Origin: Microcystaceae cyanobacterium
GTDB taxonomy: Bacteria; Cyanobacteriota; Cyanobacteriia; Cyanobacteriales; Microcystaceae
Length of the DNA stretch: 64,000 nt
NCBI GenBank assembly: GCA_041746575.1
Contig: JBGTGT010000115.1
Location: forward strand, 19,207 to 83,206
Reading direction: 5' to 3'
The translations under genes were made by a program, and so were the position numbers. Of this stretch, positions 10,777 through 21,378 are shown piece by piece; the first letter of the stretch is position 1, and every line of letters starts with the position of its first letter. Below the pieces are notes generated by a model. It was not told the origin of the DNA and made no database searches. It saw only the letters and a list, made by a program, of their open reading frames with translations.

Positions 10777-10968
10777 ATGTTTTCGATTAATCTCAACAAA
10801 CCCATTTTTTTGATCTTGATTGCTATTTTAGCAGGGGGATCAATGGCAGTTTATTCGATATCCTCAGCTAATTTTGGGCTTAAGACAGCAGAATTAATTG
10901 CCTTTCAACAATTAGGAGCAATCATCATATATCTAAGCTGTTTTGGTCGAGATTTATTTCGCCGTTAG
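10777..10968 (+). CDS. small two-TM hypothetical protein
   Basis: ATG directly follows the upstream stop (taa-atg); two hydrophobic segments. Confidence 0.65.
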   Translation: MFSINLNKPIFLILIAILAGGSMAVYSISSANFGLKTAELIAFQQLGAIIIYLSCFGRDLFRR

Positions 10969-10979
10969 GAGTTCATCAC

Positions 10980-11441
10980 GTGTTAACCACTCAAGAAAGA
11001 AAACAACGATATTGGGGGGTACTAATTACTTTAGGAGCAATTATTATCACTTTTATGCTTAATTTAGGCATAAGCATCCCTTTTTTAGATTGTCCGCTTT
11101 TAAGATATACAGGAATCCCTTGTCCTGCGTGGGGATTAACCCGATCATTGATGGCAACTGGAATGGGAGACTTAGAAACAGCGATCGCTTACCATGTATT
11201 CGGCCCTTTTTTAGGGGTTGCATTTTTGGGTATTGGTTTACATTTGAGCTTAGAATTATTGACAAATCAAAAAATACCTTGTTTTTATCAAAAACGAATT
11301 CAAAATATAAAAGTCCAATTGTTTTTTTTCTTATTACTATTTAGTTATCATGGTGTTCGTTTAATCGAATTTGGACGGTCAGGGGAACTCTATCCGTCGT
11401 TTTTGGCGTCTCCTTTAGGTAATTGGTTGTGGGGGGGGTAG
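10980..11441 (+). CDS. DUF2752-family membrane protein
   Basis: CPLLRYTGIPCPAWGLTRS...GDLETAIAYHVFGP; GTG start with a GGAG RBS. Confidence 0.85.
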   Translation: MLTTQERKQRYWGVLITLGAIIITFMLNLGISIPFLDCPLLRYTGIPCPAWGLTRSLMATGMGDLETAIAYHVFGPFLGVAFLGIGLHLSLELLTNQKIPCFYQKRIQNIKVQLFFFLLLFSYHGVRLIEFGRSGELYPSFLASPLGNWLWGG

Positions 11442-11505
11442 TAGTAGCCTTTGCCTTAACTCATCCCCTGTAGAGACATTTCTCTACCGATTACCCTCAT
11501 GTTTC

Positions 11506-12747
11506 TTAAGTGGTGTATTCCGCGTTAATCTTGACATAATCATAACTGAGATCACAGCCCCAAGCGACACCATGACCTGAACCATTGCCGACACAGACAG
11601 AAATTAATACAGTATCTTTCTTTAAATAAGCTCCTTCTGCCGCTTTTTTCATATATTCACTGGCTTTTGCCCGATCAAAGCCTAAGGGTTGACCATTATC
11701 CATCATCAGAAAATCCCCCAACTTCACTTGTAACGCTTCCTGATGGAAAGATACCCCTGCTCTGCCGGCGGCGGCGGCAATCCGTCCCCAGTTGGGATCT
11801 CGCCCAAAAATCGCCGATTTTACTAAAGAAGATCCTGCAATCGTGCGGGCAATGCGTCGAGCGGCTTCATCATCCACCGTACCTGTAACTTGAATTTCCA
11901 CTAAACAGGTTGCTCCTTCCCCATCTCTGGCGATCGCTTTCGCTAAATGTTGACAAACCGCCGTTAACATTCCTTCTAAGGTTTCTGCCGCCTTACCCCT
12001 CTCCGTAATCGCTGTCGTACGCGATTGTCCATTAGCTAAGGCAATAATGGTGTCATTGGTACTGGTGTCCCCATCTACTGTAATTTGATTAAAACTTTTA
12101 TCCACTGCCCGCTTTAACATCTGTTGCCATAATGTAGTAGAAACTAAGGCATCACAGGTAATAAAACCGAGCATGGTTGCCATATTAGGGTGAATCATCC
12201 CCGATCCCTTGCAAATTCCCCCAATTCGTACAGGACGATCTTCAATCATCGTTTCAAGGGCGATGGTTTTGGGAACTAAATCCGTTGTCATGATGGCACG
12301 GGAAGCCTGATCTCCGGCACTTGAAGAAAGGGCAGTTACAGCTTGAGCAATACCCGTCCGCATGGACTCCATCTTTATTCGTTGACCAATAACCCCTGTT
12401 GACGCTAAAAGTACATCTTCAGGAGAAATATTAAGAGATTGAGCCGTTAATTGAGCGCATTCGAGAGCATCTTGCCAACCGAGTTCTCCGGTGGCGGCAT
12501 TCGCCTGTCCAGAATTGATTAGAATAGCGCGACTACTGGCTTTTTGTTGCAGACGTTGGCGACAATAATCTACACAAGCCGCCCGCACTTCAGTGGTGGT
12601 GAAGACACCTGCCGCAATTGCATCGATATCTGAAATAATCAGGGCCAAATCGGGTAAACCAGAGGGTTTAAGACCTGCCGTAATCCCTGCCGCTCGATAT
12701 CCCTTGGGAGCGGTAATATTGCCACTAATTTCCTGCCAATCTGACAT
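11506..12747 (-). CDS. argJ: bifunctional ornithine acetyltransferase / N-acetylglutamate synthase
   Basis: KGSGMIHPNMATML, VDGDTSTND, ARDGEGAT, DPNWGRI, INAEYTT. Confidence 0.97.
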   Translation of the reverse strand: MSDWQEISGNITAPKGYRAAGITAGLKPSGLPDLALIISDIDAIAAGVFTTTEVRAACVDYCRQRLQQKASSRAILINSGQANAATGELGWQDALECAQLTAQSLNISPEDVLLASTGVIGQRIKMESMRTGIAQAVTALSSSAGDQASRAIMTTDLVPKTIALETMIEDRPVRIGGICKGSGMIHPNMATMLGFITCDALVSTTLWQQMLKRAVDKSFNQITVDGDTSTNDTIIALANGQSRTTAITERGKAAETLEGMLTAVCQHLAKAIARDGEGATCLVEIQVTGTVDDEAARRIARTIAGSSLVKSAIFGRDPNWGRIAAAAGRAGVSFHQEALQVKLGDFLMMDNGQPLGFDRAKASEYMKKAAEGAYLKKDTVLISVCVGNGSGHGVAWGCDLSYDYVKINAEYTT

Positions 12748-12861
12748 ACACTGATCCTTATGAGTCGTTGAGGGTTCAAAGCACTATTATTAAGCAAGGG
12801 GGCATCAATGAATCATAAACAAATCTTAAATATTAGCTAGATTTAACAAAGTGATTAGGGA

Positions 12862-12948
12862 TTATTTAGCTCGACTAAAAGCGATCGCTGCTAGGATAAT
12901 AAGCAACAGTAAAAAAGCAGGGACGCTTAAGTTAATCCATTCGATCAT
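12862..12948 (-). CDS. putative 28-aa single-TM peptide MIEWINLSVPAFLLLLIILAAIAFSRAK
   Basis: Manual translation from ATG 12948 to TAA 12862: one clean hydrophobic helix and a basic tail. No clear RBS. Confidence 0.45.
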   Translation of the reverse strand: MIEWINLSVPAFLLLLIILAAIAFSRAK

Positions 12949-13043
12949 TAGACTTATTGTGAACTTTAGCGATTCGAGTGAAGACAGGAAACAGATAACA
13001 GCACTCAGAAAATTTTAAATAATGTATTTGAGCATTAAAAATC

Positions 13044-15545
13044 ATGTCTGATTTAACCACATGGCTTAAAGAGCGAACGGCACTTAATTTATTAAGTGAT
13101 GAAACCCTTCAAGGAATAGAACCGTTTTTAGAAGAACAGTGTTATCCGCCTAATTATACGGTAACGGAAGCCGACACGCCACCGACGGGACTTTATATTT
13201 TGCGAAAGGGATATTTAATCAATCCTCAATCCACCCAATTCACGGTGGGAACAGTTATTAATCTACAGGCATTAATTCTGAATCAACCCGTCCGTCAAAC
13301 ATTGATTACGACTGAAGACTGTGAAGTTTGGTTTATCCCTGCCACGCAATTTCAAATCGTACTAGAACAATATCCAGAAATCACGCAAGCCTTCTCTGGC
13401 GTCCTCAGCGAAAGATTAGAAAAAGTGAGTGCCGAATTAATCTTTGAACAACAAAGACAAACCATTTTGCGCCCCTATCTTGTCCCGAAAGTGAAGCGGG
13501 GAGTCATTGGGAAAAGTCGCTATGCAATGCGACTGCGATCGCAAATTAAAGAAGCGTCAGAAAATCGCAAACCTGTCTTAATTTTTGGAGAACCGGGCTT
13601 AGAAAAAGATAATATTGCCTCCTTAGTTCATTTTAATTCTTCTTACCGTCGTCAACCAATTGTCAAAATTAATTGTGCCACTTTACAAGTGAGCGGAGCC
13701 GATTTATGGGGCAGAGTTGGGGGTAAAATGGGTTTATTAGAAGCCGTAGGACAAGGCACGTTAATCCTTAATAATATTCAAGAACTTCCCTCCGAACTTT
13801 ATCAACCCCTTGCTGAATTATTAATTCATAACACCTACACGCCTGTCAGTCGTTCGGACACCAATTTATCCCCTCCCAAAATAAATCAAGCCCGAATTAT
13901 TCTCATTTCAGAAAAGATTATTAAAGCCATCGATCAAGGAATAGAACAATCGATCAAAGTGCCTCCTTTAAGGGTTCGTAAAGCAGATATCGCAGATTAT
14001 GTCAACTATTATGCTAATTTGATTTGTCGTCAACAAAAACGGCGCAAATCCCCTTTAACCGCTGAAGCCTTACGTCGCTTACAAGCCTACGATTTTCCTA
14101 ACAACTTAAGAGAATTAGAAAGCTTAGTTGAAAGGGCAATTACCCAATTAGAAGGATGTGCTGAGATTACAGAAGAAGTTCTCTGGCCTTCTCAGGGCAG
14201 AAAACAACAATTTCGAGTCAATTTATTAAATCAATATACCGCTTTGCGAAAATTTTTACGAAGTCCATGGTATCCCGATCGGATTAATTATGGTTTTACT
14301 GCCTTCGTTTTTGCTCTAATTGTTGGTATTTTATTCCTTGCCCCTCAAGATCGTTCAGAGAATTTTGCCCTTAATCTTTTTTGGGCTTGGTGGTGGCCAA
14401 TTTGCTTAATTTTATTCCCTTTTTTAGGTCGTATTTGGTGCGCTTTTTGTCCTTTTATGATCTATGGTGAAATCACTCAAAAATTATCACTATGGTTATG
14501 GCCCCGTCAACTCAAAAAATGGCCAAGACAGTCAGCAGAAAAATGGGGAGGATGGTTTTTGTTTGGTTTATTTGTTTTAATTTTACTGTGGGAAGAACTT
14601 TGGAATTTACCCAATACAGCTTATCTTTCAGCTTGTTTATTATTATTAATCACGGCAGGCGCAATGATTTTTTCGGCTATCTTTGAAAGACGGTTTTGGT
14701 GTCGTTATTTATGTCCGATTGGGGGCATGAACGGAATGTTTGCTAAACTATCAATGACTGAATTAAGAGCGCAACAGGGGACTTGTTCAGCAGAATGTAA
14801 CACCTATCAATGTTATAAAGGAGGCCCTAAAAAAGGAGAAGGTTTAGAAACAGGAGGTTGTCCTTTATATTCCCATCCTGCTCAATTAGAAGACAATCGA
14901 GATTGTGTTTTATGTATGACCTGTTTAAAAGCTTGTCCCCATCGTTCTGTTCAATTTAATTTACGTCCTCCGGCCATTGAACTTTGGACAACCCATCAAC
15001 CGAGAGCGTATGAAGTTGCTCTTTTATTTTTACTTTTAAATCTGGTCTTTTTACACTCTCTTCCTCAACTAAGTCACTTACTAAAATTAAATTTTAACTT
15101 AGAAAATTTTAGCCTGCATTCCCTTGTATCCATTTTACTTTTAAGTGTCCCCGCACTATTACCTTTCCTTGCTTTCAAAATTAGTCAATTTGCCTTTAAT
15201 ACTTTTTCCTCTCTTAAATCCCGTTCTTTTGTTGAGTTAGCCTATGGTTATCTCCCTCTTGTTTTAGCCGGAAACTTAGCTTATTACCTCCAATTGGGGT
15301 TAGGAGAAGCCGGAAAAATTATCCCTGTTACCCTCGCAACGTTTGGCGTTTCTGGGGAAGGAATGCCTATCATTATTGCCCATCCTGCTGTCATTGCTTT
15401 CTTACAAGGAACGACTTTAATTGTTGGCGTCATTTCTAGCATAATAATTACGCAAAAAATTGCCAAACAACCCTTTAAGTTCCTTTTACCTCAACATCTT
15501 TGTATCATTATTTTAAGTGGGCTGTTTTATCAACTAATTGTTTAA
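13044..15545 (+). CDS. cNMP-binding-like domain + degenerate sigma54-activator-type AAA+ domain + membrane polyferredoxin (NapH/NosR-like)
   Basis: GLYILRKG cNMP-type barrel; PVLIFGEPGLEKD, INCA, VPPLRVRKADI, YDFPNNLRELES; Cys motifs CAFCP, CRYLCP, CVLCMTCLKACP among many TM helices. Confidence 0.85.
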   Translation: MSDLTTWLKERTALNLLSDETLQGIEPFLEEQCYPPNYTVTEADTPPTGLYILRKGYLINPQSTQFTVGTVINLQALILNQPVRQTLITTEDCEVWFIPATQFQIVLEQYPEITQAFSGVLSERLEKVSAELIFEQQRQTILRPYLVPKVKRGVIGKSRYAMRLRSQIKEASENRKPVLIFGEPGLEKDNIASLVHFNSSYRRQPIVKINCATLQVSGADLWGRVGGKMGLLEAVGQGTLILNNIQELPSELYQPLAELLIHNTYTPVSRSDTNLSPPKINQARIILISEKIIKAIDQGIEQSIKVPPLRVRKADIADYVNYYANLICRQQKRRKSPLTAEALRRLQAYDFPNNLRELESLVERAITQLEGCAEITEEVLWPSQGRKQQFRVNLLNQYTALRKFLRSPWYPDRINYGFTAFVFALIVGILFLAPQDRSENFALNLFWAWWWPICLILFPFLGRIWCAFCPFMIYGEITQKLSLWLWPRQLKKWPRQSAEKWGGWFLFGLFVLILLWEELWNLPNTAYLSACLLLLITAGAMIFSAIFERRFWCRYLCPIGGMNGMFAKLSMTELRAQQGTCSAECNTYQCYKGGPKKGEGLETGGCPLYSHPAQLEDNRDCVLCMTCLKACPHRSVQFNLRPPAIELWTTHQPRAYEVALLFLLLNLVFLHSLPQLSHLLKLNFNLENFSLHSLVSILLLSVPALLPFLAFKISQFAFNTFSSLKSRSFVELAYGYLPLVLAGNLAYYLQLGLGEAGKIIPVTLATFGVSGEGMPIIIAHPAVIAFLQGTTLIVGVISSIIITQKIAKQPFKFLLPQHLCIIILSGLFYQLIV

Positions 15546-15557
15546 TCAAAAATCGCA

Positions 15558-15581
15558 CAAAATCCAAAATTCAAAATCCAA
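15558..15581. repeat. short heptamer tandem repeat (STRR-like)
   Basis: aaaatcc aaaattc aaaatcc. Confidence 0.4.
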
Positions 15582-15660
15582 AGACGATATTTACGATAGA
15601 CTAGAGAGAACGTCACCCATTGATTAAATTCTGGTTACCACAAGGGAAAGTTTTAATTCC

Positions 15661-16458
15661 ATGTCCCAACTTGATCTTCGTCAAACCCCTGTTACCGAAA
15701 CCCAACGCATCAAACGACATCAAAACCCTAGTGATAGTGCGCTAGGTTTAGTCTCTACGAGAAGTTACCCTGCTATCGTCGGAACGGCTGATATGATGCT
15801 TAAATCTGCCGATGTTACCCTTGTCGGATATGAAAAAATTGGCAGTGGTTACTGTACTGCTGTCGTTCGCGGTAATGTGGCGAATGTACGATTAGCAGTC
15901 GAAGAAGGGGCAAGAACAGCAGAACAATTTGGACAATTAATCTCTAAGTTAATTATTCCCCGTCCGATGCCGAATTTAGAAGCTATTTTCCCAATTGGCA
16001 GTCATTTGGTTGAAATTGCTCGACAACAAAGAGGCTATAGTCGTTTGAGCAATAATTCCATCGGCTTACTAGAAACACGAGGGTTTCCGGCAATGGTCGG
16101 AGCGGCAGATGCGATGCTAAAATCAGCAGATGTGCAGTTATCTTCCTATGAAACCATTGGTGATGGATTGTGTACAGCGATCATTCGAGGATCAGTAGCG
16201 AATGTAGCAGTGGCAATTGAAGCAGGGATGCAAGAAGCCGATAAAATTGGCGAACTTCACGCCGTTATGGTGATTCCTCGCTTACTAGAAGATTTAGAAC
16301 ATACCTTACCCATAGCAAGTTGTTGGTTAGATCAACCCGAAGTCTTACCTATTTTAATGCCTAAAACTGAAAAAGAAAAAGAAGTGGTGGTTTTACCTGA
16401 TTCTGAGGTGCAAGCTTTCCCTTTAAAACGGATTCAGGAAAGAGAAGAAATTTTATAA
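15661..16458 (+). CDS. ccmO: carboxysome shell protein with tandem BMC domains
   Basis: Two BMC domains: ALGLVSTRSYPAIVGTADMMLKSA and SIGLLETRGFPAMVGAADAMLKSA. Confidence 0.9.
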   Translation: MSQLDLRQTPVTETQRIKRHQNPSDSALGLVSTRSYPAIVGTADMMLKSADVTLVGYEKIGSGYCTAVVRGNVANVRLAVEEGARTAEQFGQLISKLIIPRPMPNLEAIFPIGSHLVEIARQQRGYSRLSNNSIGLLETRGFPAMVGAADAMLKSADVQLSSYETIGDGLCTAIIRGSVANVAVAIEAGMQEADKIGELHAVMVIPRLLEDLEHTLPIASCWLDQPEVLPILMPKTEKEKEVVVLPDSEVQAFPLKRIQEREEIL

Positions 16459-16564
16459 TTGTCTCCAGAAATAATGGGATTAAAGCCATCAAATTGACGG
16501 ATGAAAGTAAAGTATTAACAACCGCACTAATTTCAGCAGAAATACCTCATTTTCAAGATCGTAC

Positions 16565-16903
16565 CAGCGATCACTCCTTAAACCATCTTTTAATTCGGAA
16601 AAATCGCATAATCGTTAAGGTTGTGATCATTCCCATCCCTAAATTTTTAATTGACTTAATACACGTGAGTTCGACGAGGGCAATTATCTCAATTTTTTGT
16701 CCATTCTCATTGGGATTAGGAAAAGGAAAACAAATTCTTGATTGGGGGACTAGCCCCCCAAACCCCCTGCACAAAAAAATTAAATAAAGAAGACTCGTAG
16801 ATTTTCTGATTGTCGAACTCACGTTAATACTGCATACTGCAAAAGGATATAATCCAGTCGTTGCTAAGAAGGTTTCGGTGGGAACTTCCCATAGACGAAT
16901 CAT
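16565..16903 (-). pseudogene. remnant of an Rpn/DUF4351-type putative transposase gene
   Basis: IRLWEVPTETFLATTGLYPFAV matches the cyanobacterial Rpn-family motif, then the sequence diverges. IKRW/LRSD is readable across a frameshift near 16570-16595. Confidence 0.55.
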
Positions 16904-16920
16904 ATTAAAGCATCTGTCAA

Positions 16921-17364
16921 TTAATGATGGTGATATGCACCTGTTTCGGGTTGAAAAGGAGCTATTTCTTCGGTTATATTAACCTTAAATTGTTTTAACA
17001 TTTTTTTTAAAACCGGATCAGGGGATAACCGCAAATAAAACGGATGAATGTCTAAAGCAACATGACGATTGCCCAAATGATAAGCTACCCGTAGCAAATC
17101 GAGGGAATTTTGGGCAGTGATCGTGAAAACAGGTTCAGGTTTTGCTAAAATTTGGATAATTTCCTGCGTTTCTGCCTGTAACAAGTCTCCATCTCTTAAA
17201 ATCGTTCCCCTCGGCAATTGCAGAAAAATCACATCTTGATTTGGCATCTCCCAACGATAACGACTGCGATTGCGTTCTTCTGCTGTCAAGGACAAAGTAA
17301 AAAGAGGATAAATACTTAGATTATGCTCTAAAAAAGCCAATTTTTGCGTAAGAATATATTCCAT
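16921..17364 (-). CDS. ureE: urease accessory Ni chaperone
   Basis: [32 protein letters not shown]. Confidence 0.95.
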   Translation of the reverse strand: MEYILTQKLAFLEHNLSIYPLFTLSLTAEERNRSRYRWEMPNQDVIFLQLPRGTILRDGDLLQAETQEIIQILAKPEPVFTITAQNSLDLLRVAYHLGNRHVALDIHPFYLRLSPDPVLKKMLKQFKVNITEEIAPFQPETGAYHHH

Positions 17365-17462
17365 TAGTTGAATAGACCTTCTATATCATTGGATTAAATC
17401 CGAATAATTGACCTATTTTAATGATTTTACTTTTAAACGACTTTCCTCTCTAAATTTAACCC

Positions 17463-17505
17463 AAAAAGAGCGATCGCCTTTTGAGGATAACCCCTAACGA
17501 TCGCT
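17463..17505 (-). terminator. probable terminator of rplY with a stem formed from HIP1-like sequences
   Basis: Minus strand reads agcgatcg...cgatcgct-cttttt. Confidence 0.5.
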
Positions 17506-17531
17506 GTTGAAATAAGCTAAAAAAGCGTATT

Positions 17532-17828
17532 TTATTCCTTCACATGGAAAAAACTGAGATGATAGAGTTCTTTCTTCCAAGGATGAATTTGAGCTTCTCT
17601 AATCACCGCCTTACCCTGCCAAGACAAGTCAGGGATATTGACATCAATTACGGTATCGTTAATAGACACTTTACGTAATAGAAGCAAAGCATCCTTTTCT
17701 GCAACGGTTAAAGAGACCGATTCTGCTCCTTGATGACCGTATAAATTAGCTGGAATTAACCCTTCACGACGTAAGGCATTGGGTTTAATGCCGTCAGGAC
17801 GGGTTTTACATTCAATTGTCGTAGTCAT
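17532..17828 (-). CDS. rplY: 50S ribosomal protein L25 (short form)
   Basis: ALRREGLIPANLYG, QIHPWK, HLSF. Confidence 0.93.
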   Translation of the reverse strand: MTTTIECKTRPDGIKPNALRREGLIPANLYGHQGAESVSLTVAEKDALLLLRKVSINDTVIDVNIPDLSWQGKAVIREAQIHPWKKELYHLSFFHVKE

Positions 17829-17898
17829 AATCGTTAATCCTTCGTTTTTGAGTTAAAGTTAAACCAATTACAGCTTTACAAGCGAGCTTACCTCACCC

Positions 17899-19245
<1,347 letters not shown>

Positions 19246-19351
19246 CTAAAGTTCACACAAACTCCCATTATCTATTACCTTATAAATTTTTGTCAAGCGG
19301 CAAGGATAACTTTATGGTTCGATTTTGGATTAAGTTAGATTTGCAAGAGAA

Positions 19352-19950
19352 TCATAGACCATTACCGATTAGAATGAAGGATACCCAATGATAGGGATGG
19401 GAATAGTCATCTATTAAGTTATTTCCGCAATTTCCAGATTTTTGCTTTCTTAATAGACTTAATTGCACATTTCTCAAGGCTTCTGTCTTGGTAATCTGAT
19501 CGCCTCCTTTGGACAATTCACAATAAAATCGTTGCATCAATTCGCTGGTACTGCATAGGGTAAAGGACTTCATAAATTTTATCTTGAGAAAGGAGTAAAT
19601 CTGCATAAGATTTCTGAAGATCTGGGGATAAACCTTTGATATTTTTCCTGATTGATGAATCAATAAATGTCCCCAATTATTATAGGCTTTTAAGCGAGGA
19701 AGTAACGTATCGCTTCTCTCCTTTTGAACAGCAGATTGATATTCTTTAATCGCTAATTTTGGCTCTTGTAAATCTTTGTAGAGAAGTCCTAAACGGTAGT
19801 AGGTTTTAGCGTCTAGATCAAGGGCGATCGCTCTTTGATAGTTTCTTTTCGCTTGATCGAATTTTTGATGTCGATAATATTCTAAACCTTTCCGAGAAAA
19901 TTCTCTACTTAAATTATCTCGAACAACTTGAAAAAAGATTCCTAAACCCA
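19352..19950 (-). pseudogene. chimeric remnant: TPR fragment fused to the C-terminal end of a CHAT domain
   Basis: TPR-like KTYYRLGLLYKDLQEPKLAIKEYQSA and AYNNWGHL, then TSELMQRFY...KTEALRNVQLSLL...YSHPYHWVSFILIGNGL. The catalytic CHAT His/Cys region is absent. The tracked start overlaps nagB. Confidence 0.7.
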
Positions 19951-19961
19951 TTAAAAAGAGA

Positions 19962-20750
19962 CTAATAATCGGAGTAAAAAAAACTCGCAGAATTTTGATC
20001 AAGGAATAATTCCGCTTGGGGATGTTTTCGTAAAAAAGAAGCAGGACAGGTTTCACTGATAGACTGGGATAATAGTCGTTGAACAATCGCCGCCTTACGA
20101 TGATGAGGGGCTAAACCAATCAGCTTTTGAGCGGAAAAAATAGCAGGGAGGGTTAACGTAAAGCTATAGAGAGGAACGTCTTTAACGGTAGCGAAATTCT
20201 CCCCTTGACTTTGATCTAGACGGGTGATTTCATTGAGCTTCACTAATTTTACCCAGTCGGGATCTTCAAATCGGGCAACGTCGGGTTCATTAAACGCTAA
20301 ATGACCATTCTGTCCAACTCCCAAAAAACAGATATCTAGGGCATAATCTCGTAGCAATTGGCTATAATGACGACATTCTGTTAAGGGTTCTAAGGTATCG
20401 CCTTGGATGTAGTAAAATTGACTGTCAGGTAACTTTTTTTCGACGTTCTGCCGAAGATAATAGCGAAAACTAGCTGGGTGATCGGCTGAAATACCTAAAT
20501 ATTCATCTAAATGAAAAAATATGATTTTTTTCCAGTCAATTTCCTTAGAAGCGGTGAAATACTCTAAAAAATACTGTTGAGATTGCCCTGTAGCGAGGAT
20601 AACGGTAGCATAAGGTTTTTCTTGTAAGCAGGTTTTCAAATGAGCGATCGCTGATTTTGCCGCCAATTGGGCTAAATCCTGTTCATTAGCACAAATATGC
20701 ACGGTTAATTGATCAATTTGCCGAGTTTTCTGATCATTAATCATAACCAT
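19962..20750 (-). CDS. nagB: glucosamine-6-phosphate deaminase
   Basis: ILATGQSQ, FFHLDEYLG, HPASFRYYL, GVGQNGHLAFNEP, CPASFLRKH. Confidence 0.9.
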   Translation of the reverse strand: MVMINDQKTRQIDQLTVHICANEQDLAQLAAKSAIAHLKTCLQEKPYATVILATGQSQQYFLEYFTASKEIDWKKIIFFHLDEYLGISADHPASFRYYLRQNVEKKLPDSQFYYIQGDTLEPLTECRHYSQLLRDYALDICFLGVGQNGHLAFNEPDVARFEDPDWVKLVKLNEITRLDQSQGENFATVKDVPLYSFTLTLPAIFSAQKLIGLAPHHRKAAIVQRLLSQSISETCPASFLRKHPQAELFLDQNSASFFYSDY

Positions 20751-21021
20751 TTTCTCAGGAAAGACTTAACTTGATGGAGGAAGAAGTTAGGCTAAATCGC
20801 TGGCAAGTAAAAAAAAAGTGGAGACAGGAGTGTCTGTCTTTTTTCAACCTGTTGTCTGAGAGCGTATCAACTTAATCATAATATGTCTTAGGGGGTTTAA
20901 CATGAGTTTCCTTTCACCCTTAAAATTTTCTCAACTCTGTTACTAAATTTCGTGATCCGTCTTTTCTAAGATTCTTGAACCCAATTAAACTCGACCGTTT
21001 ATCTCCTAGTTAGAGTTTGCC

Positions 21022-21297
21022 ATGTTAACATTTTTCTTTTTTCTCTTACAAACCATTCAAGTCTGTCTAGTGCCTTTATGTTTTGTCTTGGCGTGGGGAT
21101 TTATTTTTATCTTAATTTGGACAATTTGGAGTAGTGTGCGGGATGTTACTCAACGCGCTCAGAAAATGCACCAAATTCCCTGTGCCAATTGCCAATTTTT
21201 TACCCATAATTATCTGCTCAAGTGTACAGTTAATCCCAAAGTTGCGAATACAGAGGAAGCGATTGATTGTTCGGACTATAAAGCGCAAAAATTTTAG
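21022..21297 (+). CDS. membrane-anchored Cys-motif protein (cyanobacterial hypothetical)
   Basis: N-terminal TM, then IPCANCQFF...LKCTVNP...AIDCSDY. Confidence 0.8.
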   Translation: MLTFFFFLLQTIQVCLVPLCFVLAWGFIFILIWTIWSSVRDVTQRAQKMHQIPCANCQFFTHNYLLKCTVNPKVANTEEAIDCSDYKAQKF

Positions 21298-21378
21298 GTA
21301 AACACAGCAAGCAATTGATGAAGGAAGTTTAATTTTAAACTTTCAATATAAGTGTTTTTTTACTTTATTGATACCACG

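Noticed and set aside
13044..15545. Annotation as a sigma54-dependent transcriptional activator
   Set aside because: No GAFTGA loop, degenerate Walker motifs, no DNA-binding HTH, and a polytopic membrane C-terminus.
15661..16458. Novel non-carboxysome microcompartment locus
   Set aside because: The sequence fits CcmO, which is often encoded apart from the main ccm operon. No signature enzymes are nearby.
16494..16787. Plus-strand 97-aa ORF
   Set aside because: TTG start, no RBS, no recognisable motif, and it lies within decayed patchwork DNA.
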